Shown one piece after another: positions 52,320 to 64,000 of a stretch of 64,000 nt of DNA. The DNA is taken from NCBI RefSeq assembly GCF_035084215.1, contig NW_027139247.1, positions 372,001 to 436,000 of the forward strand, read 5' to 3'. Numbering within the stretch: position 1 is the stretch's first letter; every line of letters starts with the position of its first letter. The position numbers and the translations under genes are program-made. The notes under the pieces were generated by a model. The model saw only the letters and a list, made by a program, of their open reading frames with translations. It was not told the DNA's origin and made no database searches. This stretch comes from Heptranchias perlo. Lineage: Eukaryota.

Positions 52320-53483
52320 AACACATGGATGTGAAATCACCCTGTGGGACAATATGAACATTTAACACATAGATTTGAAATCACTCTGTGGGACAATATG
52401 AACCTTTAACACTGATATGAAATCACTCTGTGGGAAAATATGAACATTTAACACTGATATGAAATCACTCTGTGGGGCAGAATGAACATTTAACACTGAT
52501 ATGAAATCACCCTGTGGGGCAGAATGAACCTTTAACACTGATATGAAATCACTCTGTGGGACAATATGAACCTTTAACACTGATATGAAATCACTCTGTG
52601 GGACAATACGAACATTGAACACTGATATCAAATCACTCTGTGGGACAATATGAACATTTAACACTGATATGAAATCACTCTGTGGGACAATATGAACATT
52701 TAACACTGATATCAAATCACTCTGTGGGACAATATGAACATTTAACACTGATATGAAATCACTCTGTGGGACAATATGAACATTTAACACTGATATGAAA
52801 TCACTCTGTGGGACAATATGAACATTTAACACTGATATCAAATCACTCTGTGGGACAATATGAACCTTTAACACTGATATGAAATCACTCTGTGGGACAA
52901 TATGAACATTTAACACTGATATCAAATCACTCTGTGGGACAGAATGAACCTTTAACACTGATATGAAATCACTCTGTGGGACAATATGAACATTTAACAC
53001 TGATATCAAATCACTCTGTGGGGCAATATGAACATTTAACACTGATATGAAATCACTCTGTGGGGCAGAATGAACCTTTAACACTGATATGAAATCACTC
53101 TGTGGGACAATATGAACCTTTAACACTGATATGAAATCACTCTGTGGGACAATATGAACATTTAACACTGATATGAAATCACTCTGTGGGGCAGAATGAA
53201 CCTTTAACACTGATATGAAATCACTCTGTGGGACAATATGAACCTTTAACACTGATATGAAATCACTCTGTGGGACAATATGAACATTTAACACTGATAT
53301 GAAATCACTCTGTGGGACAATATGAACATTTAACACTGATATGAAATCACCCTGTGGGGCAGAATGAACATTTAACACTGATATCAAATCACTCTGTGGG
53401 ACAGAATGAACCTTTAACACACTGATATGAAATCACTCTGTGGGTCAGTATGAACACTTAACATACTGTTATGTAATCACTCT
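52320..53483. repeat. 42-bp VNTR (aacactgatatgaaatcactctgtgggacaatatgaacattt) x~27
   Basis: Tandem units; the 352-aa minus ORF is its 14-aa translation. Confidence 0.97.
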
Positions 53484-54127
53484 GCTTGGCGGGAGGAATC
53501 GTCAATGCACCGATATTAAGTTATCTCTGGCATAATTCGAACCCTTAAAGCTCTTGTGTGCTTATTTTAAGGAAAGCATTAACACTTTAAATTGAAACAG
53601 TTTCCTGTTTTTGTTCAATTCGAGGAAGAAACTCTGAATCGAGGAACTAAGTGAAAATGCTGTCCCATTGATTAGAAGACTTCCTGTTCAGAATTTATGA
53701 GGTTACAAACCCCACGACGTCCTCTTTGACCAAATTATTTCTGGATTGTAGAACTTCCGTTTCTCAAACCTTTTACCTGGAGTTTACTTTCCTCTGGCAA
53801 AGGCACTGCCTTCATATTTCTTGTAAACAATTTTACAACACCAAGTTATAGTCCAACAATTTTTTTTTCATTCATATTTTTTCATTCATATTTCTTGAGG
53901 GCTTCTTTTTAATGCCGTTGTTTACATCGGTTAAGCAGAGGGACAAAGTGACACACAGATGAATTTGCACAGACCTACGAGGCAGTGCCCTACCAGAGAA
54001 AGTTAAACCCCGAGATGGGGAGAGTAGAGCAGAGCAGACAACTTTGCGGTCTCGAATTTGTTTCTGGCCCCAGCAATTGTCTCTCACAACTGGAATAATA
54101 GATTTGTGATTATGCAAATAGACTTAC

Positions 54128-54179
54128 CAGATTCAACTCTCTGAAATCGGTAAAAGCTGAGCAAAGCGAAGAGAAACAT
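54128..54179 (-). CDS. Signal-peptide (leader) exon, copy 2, MFLFALLSFYRFQRVES+G; putative MHC class I-like / Ig-superfamily immune gene
   Basis: ATG TTT CTC TTC GCT TTG CTC AGC TTT TAC CGA TTT CAG AGA GTT GAA TCT G|gtaagtc; good Kozak (acaaaATG); same length, phase and donor as 26865-26916. Confidence 0.8.
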
Positions 54180-54269
54180 TTTGTGGTCTTCCTACAGACA
54201 GAACACACGACCGACTGTGGGAGCAGATATCTTATTACGTTGCTGAAATGATTCAGTACGAGTCACACT

Positions 54270-54332
54270 AACCAATGATAGGGGAACGGCGGAGTTCGTC
54301 ATTAGTTGGTGGAAGTGACCCTGAGTCCTGCA
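54270..54332 (-). promoter_or_regulatory. MHC-type S/X1/X2/Y-like promoter module
   Basis: Minus strand GGACTC-AGGGTCACTTCCACCAACTAA-TGACG-(20 nt)-ATTGG; the Y box lies 93 bp upstream of the ATG. Confidence 0.65.
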
Positions 54333-54612
54333 ATCCTGGAGAGAGAGTTTAACACATGCACTGTCTGAGTCAGAGACTGTCACCTCAAGATCAAACTTCA
54401 TGAAAAGGCACAAGTGGGAAATGTGAGATTATGGGCTGTGTAGGTGCCATCAATGAAGTGAAATTCTTCATGAGCCTTACCCATAGCATGTCTCCCATCC
54501 CAAAACAATTCAATCCGAAACAGTCAGACTTCTCAATTGTTAAATATTTAAGAGTAATGGGCGCAATCGGCAAGTTGGGCGCAAATTCGCTTGAAATTTA
54601 ATTAATTAGGTT

Positions 54613-56490
54613 ATAGAATCATAGGATTATAGAAAGGTTACAGCATAGAAGGAGGCCATTCTGCCCATCAAGTCCACGCCAGCTCTATGCAAGAGCAATC
54701 CAGCTAGTCCCACTCCCCCGCCCTTTCCCCGTAGCCCTGCACATTTTTTTGTTTCAAGTATTTATCCAATTCCCTTTTGAAGGCCATTATTGAATCTGCC
54801 TCCACCACCCCCCTCGGGCAGTGCATTCCAGATCCTAACCACTCGCTGTGTAAAAAAGTTTTTCCTCGTGTCACCTTTGGTTCTTTTGCCAATCACCTTA
54901 AATCTATGCCCTCTGGTTCTTGACCCTTCTGCCAATGGGAACAGTTACTCTCTATCCACTCTGTCTACACCCTTCATGATTTTGAACACGTCTATCACAT
55001 CTCCTTCCAAGGAGAACAACCCCAGCTTCTCCAGTCTATCCCCATAAATTAAGTCCCTCACCCCTGGAATCATTCTCGTAAATCTCCTCTGCACCCTTTC
55101 TAAGGCCTTCACATCCTTCATAAAGTGCAGTGCCCAGAACTGGACACCATACTCCAGTTATGGCTGAACCAGTGTTTTATAAAGGTTCATCATGACTTCC
55201 TTGCTTTTGTACTCTATGCCTCTATTTATAAAGCCCAGGACCCCGTATGCTTTTTTAATTGCTTTCTCAACCTGCCCTGCCACCTTCAACGATTTGTTCA
55301 CATACACCCCCAAATCCCTCTGTTCCTCCACCCCTTTTAGAATTGTGCCCTCTAGTTTATATTGCCTCTCCTCATTTTTCCTACCAAAATCCATCACCTC
55401 GCATTTTTCCGCGTTAAACTTCATCTGCCACGTGTCCGCCCATGCCACCAGAGTGTCTATATCCTCTTGAAGTCTATCACTATCCTCCTCACTGTTCACT
55501 ACCCTTCCAAGTTTTGTGTCATCCACAAATTTTGAAATTGTGCCATGTACTCCCAAGTCCAAGTCATTAATATATATCAAGAAAAGCAGTGGTCCCAGCA
55601 CTGACCCCCGGGGAACACCACTGTGCACCTCCCTCCAGTCCAAAAAATAACCGCTCACCACTACTCTCTGTTTCCTGCCATTTAGCCAATTCTGTATCCA
55701 TGTTGCTGCTACCCCTTTTATTCCATGGGCCGCAATCTTAAGAGGAAGCCTACCATGTGGCACTTTAACAAACGCTTTTTGAAAATCTATATGCACCACA
55801 TCAACCACATTGCCCTCATCTATCCTCTCTGTTACCTCATCAAAAAACTCTATCAAGTTGGTTAAACACAATTTGCCTTTAACAAATCCGTGCTGGCTTT
55901 CCCTAATCAATCCACACTCGTCCAAGTGACTGTTAATTCTGACCCGGATTATCGTTTCTAAAAGTTTCCCCACCACTGAGGTTAAACTGACTGACCTGTA
56001 GTTGCTGGGTTTATCCTTACACCCTTTTTTGAACAAGGATGTAACATTTGCAATTCTCCAGTCTCTTAGCACCACCCCTGTATCTAAGAATGCCTGGAAG
56101 ATTATGAACAGTACCTCTGCAATTTCCACCCTTACTTCCCTCAGCATCCTAGGATGCATCCCATCCATACCAGGTGACTTATCTATTTTAAGTACAGCTA
56201 ACCTTTCTAGTACCTCTTCTTTCTCAATGTTTAGCCCATACAGTATCTTAACTATATCTTTCTTTACTGAGACTCTGGCAGCATCTTTTTCCTTGGTAAT
56301 GACCGGTGCAAAGTACTCATTTAATACCTCAGCCATCCCCTCTGCCTCCATGAGTAGATCTGCTTTATGTTCCCTAATCGGCCCCACCCCTCCTCTTAGT
56401 ACCCGTTTACTGTTAACATGGCTGTAGAAGACTTTTGGATTCCCTTTTATGTTGGGCGCTAGTCTATTCTCATACTCTCTCTTTGCCCTT
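54613..56490 (-). mobile_element. 5'-truncated CR1 LINE
   Basis: ORF 55158..56387 is an RT domain; tail antisense atagaatcatag. Confidence 0.97.
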
Positions 56491-56494
56491 CAAG

Positions 56495-57170
56495 TTATAC
56501 TTCAAGTTTCCGCTTAAAGGTATTTGCATAATCTCAAACGCATTTGCATAATCACAAACGTGAAATCTTCCATGAACCAGCCAAATCGGTCAGAGCAATA
56601 CAACGTAACCGTTTAGTTTTTTCTTCTTTGCATTAGAAAATATTCCTTGATGTATTTAAGAGTTTTATTAATGCAGCTGAAAATGGGTTCATCATAAAAA
56701 AATGGACATTTTTAATAAGTGTCCAGTCCTCCACCTGTGAGTAAACCAGATTTAAAATCCCTGAAAATGACTTAAAAAAAACTACACTGAACAATTTAGT
56801 AATGTCATTGGTGCTCACGAGTCAGTTTCTTAATTAATTAAATATTTTTAAATCTATAAAAACGTGTAAAACGTGCCTACTAGGGCCTGTGCACCTCAGA
56901 AAATGAGCTTAATTTGACGATCTTCCTCGAACGGCCACAACCAGGTGCAATCGGCAGAAACTCGTTATTTCAAATGGGGGCGTGGCCAGTTTTGTGGGCG
57001 GGACTAGCTTCGGGCGCAATGATTTTTCAACCAGCGCTAATTGCAGAAACTTGATTTATCCTTGACGTAAATTACGCTTGATTTTCCACAATTTTTTGCG
57101 CTGGTTCAGCTGGATTGCGCTGTTAAAACCAGCGCACTGTCGCGAATGCTCTACCCCTCCCCACCCCGCC
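56495..57170. mobile_element. Probable MITE remnant, apparently continued at ~54555-54612 across the CR1
   Basis: CpG-rich gggcgcaat/ttgcgc motifs on both sides of the CR1. Boundaries uncertain. Confidence 0.4.
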
Positions 57171-57379
57171 CAGTTTTTGCTCTTATCTGCTTCATAATCA
57201 GTCATATCCATGGGTCTTGCTAAAGAAATTGTGTAACATTTACTGTTATTTTTGTCACAGAATAATTCTACAGATTGATTAACGAATGCAAGCAATTCAA
57301 AAACAAGATATTAGCTGATTAAAGAAACGATAATTTGAAGCAGCAACATCCCATTTATACAAGATAGTAGTGTATTAAT

Positions 57380-58968
57380 CTGGGTGTGAGTTAGGGCTGG
57401 GCGTGGGTTAGGGTTAGGGTTAGTGTCAAGGTTAGGGTTCGGACCGGGTGTGGGTTAGGATTGAGTGTGGGTAGGTATGACTCTGGGTGAAGTACCTCTG
57501 GTTTGTTGATGGAAGTTGTGGTGCATTAGGGCTAGGACTGGGTGTAAGTTAGGGTTAGGACTGGGTATGGGATAGTGATAGGACTGGGTATGGGTTAGGG
57601 TTACGATTGGGTGTGGGGTATTGAGTTCCTCAGGGCAGTGTCCTAGGCCCAACCATCTTCAGCTGCTTCATCAATGACCTTCCCTCCATCATAAGGTCAG
57701 AAATGGGGATGTTCGCTGATTATTGCACAGTGTTCAGTTCCATTTGCAACCCGTCAGATAATGAAGCAGTCCGAGCCCGCATGCAGCAAGACCTGGACGA
57801 CATCCAGGCTTGGGCTGATAAGTGGCAAGTAACATTTGCACCAGACAAGTGCCAGGCAATGACCATCTCCAAATAGAGAGAGTCAAACCACCTCCCCTTG
57901 ACATTCAACGCCATTACCATCATCAAATTTTTTTTGATTCGTTCATGGGATGTGGGCGTCGCTGGCGAGGCCGGCATTTATTGCCACATCCCTAATTGCC
58001 CTTCAGAAGGTGGTGGTGAGCCACCTTCTTCAACTGTTGCAGTCCGTGTGGTGAAGGTTCTCCCACAGTGCTGTTAGGAAGGGAGTTCCAGGATTTTGAC
58101 CCAGCAACAATGGGTCAAAATCCTGGGGGTCACCATTGACCAGAAACTTAACTGGATCAGCCATATAAATACCGTGGCTAAAAGAGCAGTTCAGAGGCTG
58201 GGTATTCCGTGGCGAGTGACTCACCTCCTGACTCCCCAAAGCCTTTCCACCATCTACAAGGCACAAGTCAGGAGTGTGATGGAATACTCTCCACTTGTCT
58301 GGATGAGTGCAGCTCCAACAGCACTCAAGAAGCTCGACACCATCCAGGACAAAACTGCCCACTTGATTGGCATCCCATCCACCACCCTAAACATTCACTC
58401 CCTTCACCACCGGCACACTGTGGCTGCAGTGTGTACCATCCACAGGATGCACTGCAGCAACTTGCCAAGGCTTCTTCGACAGCACCTCCCAAACCCGCGA
58501 CTTCTACCACCTAGATGGACAAGGGCAGCAGGCACATGGAAACACCACCACCTGCACATTCCCCTCCAAGTTACACACCATTCCGATTTGGAAATATGTC
58601 GCTGTTCCTTCATCGTCGCTGGGTCAAAATCCTGGAATTCCCTTCCTAACAGCACTGTGGGAAAACCTTCACCACACTGACTGCAGCGATTCAAGAAGGC
58701 AGCTCACCACCACCTTCTCAAAGGCAATTTGGGATGGGCAATAAATGCCGGCCTTGCCATCGACGCCCACATCCCATGAACGAATTTTTAAAAAGGATTA
58801 GGATTGGGTGTGTGTTAGGTTTAAGTTTAGGGTTAGGATTAGGTTTATGGTTAGGGTGAAGGTTTGTGTTAGGGTTGGAGTTAGGATTGGGGTTAGGGTT
58901 GGTGTTAGATTTAGGGTTAGGGCTAGTGTTAGGGTTGTGGTTAGTTTTAGGGCTGGGTATGGGTAGGT
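57380..58968 (+). repeat. Degenerate (TTAGGG)-like hexamer tract split by a LINE (57380-57622 and 58797-58968)
   Basis: gggttagggttagggttag and variants on both flanks of the LINE. Confidence 0.8.
57624..58793 (+). mobile_element. CR1-group LINE (second lineage) with an internal inverted copy of its own 3' end (57925-58110)
   Basis: Plus-strand RT, then a T-tract and antisense 3' end, then plus-strand continuation (ORF 58096..58680). Confidence 0.9.
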
Positions 58969-59714
58969 ATGCTTCTGGGTGAATTGCCTATCATTAATTG
59001 ATGAAAGTTGAGGTGCCTGTGATGTTGCATTCTGCAGTTTAGCAAATAAAATGTAAAATGTCCAGGTCTGATCAAAAGGTTTTTTATTAATGTTTGTATT
59101 ACTTTCTTGAATGTTGCGCTGGGTAATGCAACACTTCCCTATTTCGGCACCCAGCAGGTCAACAACAGCGGGGCTCGATACATGGGTCCACCCACACTGC
59201 CCCAAGAATGTGTCTCAGTCACAAGATCAGAAGTGATCGACCAGTGTGGTATTTTTCACTTCCTTTACATTTTTCACAAGCCATTCTACGGGCCAATCTG
59301 ACATTAAACCTATCGGTGCAATAAAAACACAAACTTCAAAAGTAGAAATTATGATATTATTAATTTTGTACCAATGTTGAGCAAGCTGCACCTGGGCCCA
59401 CATTAATGGAGAACAGGGTACAAATTGCCCAAACACAATTTTCCAAAGATAATTAACAGCGAAGGGATGGATAAAATGTTCATACCATTCTTCAAGTTTG
59501 GTGTTGATCTCGCGTCCCAGAGTGACAGGTCAATTTCCAATCAGTCTCTTCCACCTCACCCCATTCCTCACACAAAAAGACTGCATCGCAAAAGCCTTAT
59601 GGCTTTCGGTCAAGAAGGCCAAGTAAAAGTCCTGCTGGATACCACCTACTGAATAACCCCTTCTCCTTTAACTGACGAATGAGTGCTGCTCCACATTGAA
59701 CAAAATATTCCAGG

Positions 59715-62158
59715 GTACTTGACGTTTTGAAAAGACAAGCAGAATGGAAAAGGAGGGGCTGTAGCCCTGATAATAAAGGATGACATATGGACAATAGTGA
59801 GAAAGGATATTGGCTCAGAAGATCAGGATGTAGATTTAGTATGAGTGGAGACAAGAAATAACAAGGGGCAGAAAACACTGATGGGAGTAGTATATAGGCC
59901 CCCAAAAAGTAGCTATACCATTGAAGAGAGTATTAATCAAGAAATAATAGGAGCTTGTAACAATAATCTGGGGGACTTTAATCTTCATGTAGACTGGGCA
60001 AATCATATTGGCAAAGGTAGTCGGGAGGACAAGTTCATGGAATGCATTTGAGACAGTTTCCAAGAACAATACGTCATGGAACCAACCAGGGAACAGGCTA
60101 TTTTAGAGCTTGTATTGTGTAATGAGACTGGGTTAATTAGTAATCTCATAGTAAAGGATCCTCTTGGGAAGAGTGATCATAATATGATAGAATTCGAAAT
60201 TGAGTTTGAGAGTCACATACATAAATCTGAAACTAGAGTCTTAAACTTAAATAAGGCCAATTACATAGGTATGTGGGGCAAGTTGGCTAAGTTGGATTGG
60301 GAAATTAGATTAAAAGCTATGACAGTAGATACACAGTGGCAAACATTTAAAGAAATATTTCAAAATTCTCAACAAATACACATTCCATTGAGAAATAAAA
60401 ACTCCACAGGAAAAGTGATCTATCCATGGCTAACTAAAGGAGTTAAGGTTAGTATTACATTAAAGGAAAAGGCTTATAATGTTAAGAAGAAGAGTAGTAA
60501 ACCTGAGGATTGGGAGAGTTTTAGAAACCAGCAAAGGATGACCAAAAAAATTGATAAGAAGGGAGAAAATAGAATGTGAGAGTAAACTAGCAAGAAATAT
60601 AAAAAACAAATTGTAAGAGCTCCTAATAGTATGTAAAAGGGAAGAGAGTAGCAAAAGAAAACGTTGGTCCCTTAGAGGCTGAGACAGGAGAAATTATAAT
60701 GGGGAATAAGGAAATGGCAGAGATGTTAAACAAATATTTTGCATCTGTCTTCACAGGAGAAGACACAAAAGGCATAGCAAAAATAATGGGGAATCAAGGG
60801 GCAAATGAGAGTGAGGAACTTAAATAATTAATATCAGGAGAGAAAAGTACTGGAGAATCTAATGGGACTAAAAGCCAATGAATCCCCTGGACCTGATGGC
60901 CTACATCCTAGGGATCTAAAAGAGATGGATGCAGAGATAGTGGATGCATTGGTTGTGATCTTCCAAAATTCCATAGATTCTAGAACGGACCCAGTGGATT
61001 GGAAGGTAGCAAATGTAACCCCACTATTGAAGAAAGGAGGGACAGAGAAAACAGGGAACTACAAGCAAGTTAGCCTGACACTGGTCTTTGGGAAAATGCT
61101 AGAATCCATTGTTAAGTAAGTGGTAACAGGGCACTTAGAAAATCATAACATTTGGCAGAGTCAACATAGTTTTATGAAGGGGAAGTCATGTTTGACAAAT
61201 TTATTAGAGTTTTTTGAGGATGTAACGAGCAAGGTAGATAAAGGGGAACCAGTGGGTGTAGTATATTTGGATTTTTAAAAGGCATTCGATAAGATGCCAC
61301 ATAAAAGGTTTTTATGCAAGGTAAGGGCTCATGGGGTTGGAGGTAATATATTAGCATGGATAGAGGATTCTTTAAAGGACAGAAAACAGAGAGTAGAGAT
61401 AAATGGGTCATTTTCAGGTTGGTAGGCTATAACAAGTGGATGCCATAGAGATCAGTGCTTGGGCCTCAGCTATTTGCAATCTATATTAATGATTAGATGA
61501 AGGGACCGAGTGTAATGTATCCAAGTTTGCTGACAATACAAAGCTAGGTGGGAAACTTTCGGGAGGACACAAACAATCTGTAAATGGATACAGGTAGGTT
61601 AAGTGGATGGGCAAGAAGGTGGCAAATGGAGTATAATATGGAGAAATGTGAGGTTATTCACTTTGGTAGGAAGAATAGAAAAACAGAATATTTTTAAATG
61701 GTGAGAAACTATTAAATGTTGGTGTTCAGGGAGATCTGAGTGTCCTCGTACAAGAAACACAGAAAGTTAACATACGGGTACAGCAAGCAATTAGGAAGGC
61801 AAATGGAATGTTGGTCTTTATTGCATGGGGGTTTGAGTACAATAGTGAGGAAGTCTTGCTACAATTCTACAGGGCTTTGATGAGACCACACCTGGAGTAC
61901 TGTGTACAGTTTTGGTCTCCTTACCTAAGAAAGGATGTACTTGCCTTAGAGGCGGTGCAACAAAGGTTCACTAGATTAATTCCTGGGATGAGACAGCTGT
62001 TCGATGAGGAGAGATTGAGTAGAATGGGCCTATACTCTCTGGAGTTTAGAAGAATGAGAGGTGATCTCATTGGAACATATAAGATTCTGAGAGGGCTTGA
62101 CGGGGTAGATGCTGAGAGGCTGTTTCCTCTGGCTGGAGAGTCTAGAATTGGGGGCACA
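59715..62158 (+). mobile_element. Long degenerate CR1 ORF2 (endonuclease + RT), truncated by a Harbinger insertion
   Basis: GVVYRPP, GDFN, PTREQAILELV, LGKSDH (APE); SPGPDGLHPR, RPHLEYCVQFW; multiple stops and frameshifts. Confidence 0.95.
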
Positions 62159-64000
62159 GGGCTCGATTTTTGGACGTCCGAGCCGGCGGTTCATGGCGGG
62201 GGGGCTCCGAAAATCAAGGAGCCCGGCTCCAACCCGCCCACTTCCGGGTTCCCCAGTGACGCGCTTAGATGCACGCGCAGCCCCCGCATGCGGGACTCCC
62301 GCTGGCAATTAAAGCCAGTGGGATTCCACTTAAAACAATTAATTAGATAGTTCAGGTTGTTTGCAGACCTGATTTGTAGGATATTTTAGGAGGGGTGGGC
62401 TTTTCAACTCAACTGAGCGTTTTTCCCGTATTGGGGGAAACACTCCCAGTTGAAATGGACGTGTTGCAGCCACCAGTCTGTGGCAGCTGCAAAGGTCCAT
62501 TTGACAGGTCGGGGGGGGAGACCCTCACTCATTGCAGGAGGCCACTCTCTTACTTTGGACAAAGTTTGGCCTCCACCACCCTCCTTCTAACAATAAAATT
62601 CACAAACTTGCACACTTACCCCGGTGTGCAGACACATTTACCTACCTTGCGGACCCCCTCAAACATACATCTTCCAGATGGGGGCCGCCGTAGCTGCAGT
62701 CATGACCTCCTCGGAGGATGAACAGCATCACCAGCCTCACCAGCCTCGCCATCCACGCCGTCCACCTCTGACACGTGGAGCTCCACAACTCAGTGCTGTG
62801 ACACATCCACCTGCACAGCAGGAGGGAGGGCTACCGCAGAGAAAGATGCATCGCAGAAGGCACTACCCTCACCACAGGGTCTACAGACCGAGGCTCAGCT
62901 TCCTGGACCTCTCTGAGCAGCAGTGCACACGGAGGCTCAGAGTCACTCGACATGTAGTCGTAGACATCTGCAGCCTCCTTCATGCCGAGCTGCTCCCAGC
63001 TGGCCCGAGCACCATCTTCTTACCTGTCGCTGTCAACGTCCCCGCTGCCCTCAACAACTTCTCCTCCGCATCCTTCCAGGGTGCCACCGGGGACATCGCC
63101 GACATCTCTCAGTCGTCTGCACAAAAGAGCCCTGCAAATACACCTACACCCACTCTGCAGTGACACAATGGGTGGCATCAGTTGTGGGTCTTCATGGTGA
63201 TCCTCAGGAAAGGGCATTATTGCACAAACCAGACAAGATTTGCAAAGACGTGGCAATAGTGGTGACAATATAATATGTAATGTGAGTTAATCAGAAATCA
63301 AATATAAGTAAAAACCATGACAAACCCTCAAACACCCTTGTGCATCCCCTTCATGCTCACGACACGTTTGCCTTACGCTTCCTACTACACATATGTGATG
63401 CATGCCCTGTGGCTGCAGCACAGGTAGTGGCATGTGGGGTGAGGCTGACCGTGAAAGAGATGCATCAGAGGGTGAGTATGAGATAGAGCCATGAGATTGT
63501 ATGAGGATTGGGTTGAGTGGTAGTGGTGGGATGAGTACTGGTGAGGTGAGTAAGTGCAGGTAAGATGAGGATGAGCTTTGAGTGGGTTTGAGGAGTGATG
63601 TGATAGAGTAGTGTTGGCAGTGCAGAAGGAGATGTAGGGTGGCAGTGGTGATGTGGCAGACAGAGTGTAGGGGAATGAGTAAGTGTACTCACTTCGGCTG
63701 ACCTAGTTAGGTAATTGAAGCGCCTCCTGCACTGTATGCAGGTGCGTGATATGTTGGTGGTGCAGGTGACCTCCTCTGCCACCTCGAGCCAGGCCTTCGT
63801 GGTGGCAGAGGCAGGCCATTTCCTCCCGTCCGCAGGGGAGAAGATCTCTGTCCTCCTCCTCCTCACCCCATCCAGTAGGACCTGGAGTGAGGCATCATTA
63901 AACCGGGGAGCAGCCTTCCCCCTGGACTGCGCCAGTCAGTGAAGGACTGTCCCTTTAAATAGGGCTCCTCCAGCTGACAGCCTATGATGCGGCTGCGCAG
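62159..64000 (-). mobile_element. Harbinger family A copy 2 (opposite orientation, runs off the window)
   Basis: TIR gggctcgatttt at 62159; HARBI1-like N-terminus 62624..63163 (+) and Myb/SANT 63465..63866 (-), highly similar to 2209-4244. Confidence 0.92.

Noticed and set aside
52362-53420. 352-aa repeat-protein ORF
   Set aside because: Translation of a 42-bp VNTR (a multiple of 3) with no unique flanking coding sequence or convincing splice sites.
54180-54193. Splice acceptor just upstream of the leader-2 ATG (internal exon model)
   Set aside because: Not shared by the paralog, and promoter elements lie ~90 bp upstream, favouring a first exon; not formally excluded.

Overview
This is repeat-dominated eukaryotic DNA, most likely from a cartilaginous fish (shark). 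That call is inferred from the repeat complement: many CR1 LINEs, an L2 LINE, SacSINE1-like Deu-SINEs, Harbinger derivatives and a Penelope-like fragment. About 17 kb is a 31-32 bp minisatellite, present as two direct arrays and one inverted array. There is an assembly gap at 51199-51932. No complete host gene is present, and almost every listed ORF is transposon-derived or comes from translating a repeat. The strongest non-repeat signal, absent from the ORF track, is a pair of paralogous 52-nt signal-peptide exons on the minus strand: 26865-26916 (MFLFVLLSFYFVQGVAS) and 54128-54179 (MFLFALLSFYRFQRVES). Both end in a phase-1 GTAAGTC donor and differ at 8 codons by synonymous changes. Each lies about 100 bp downstream of an inverted CCAAT (Y) box. 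The 54-kb copy has a well-spaced MHC-class-I-type X1/X2/Y module and nearby ETS/IRF/octamer motifs, pointing to an MHC class I-like or related immune gene cluster. I could not find intact downstream domain exons for either leader. Other notable structures are a Penelope-type hairpin insertion with a minimal hammerhead ribozyme and a 12-bp TSD, and a satellite block bracketed by duplicated LINE tails. There is also a Harbinger family carrying LINE cargo and two local inverted duplications that look like template switches.
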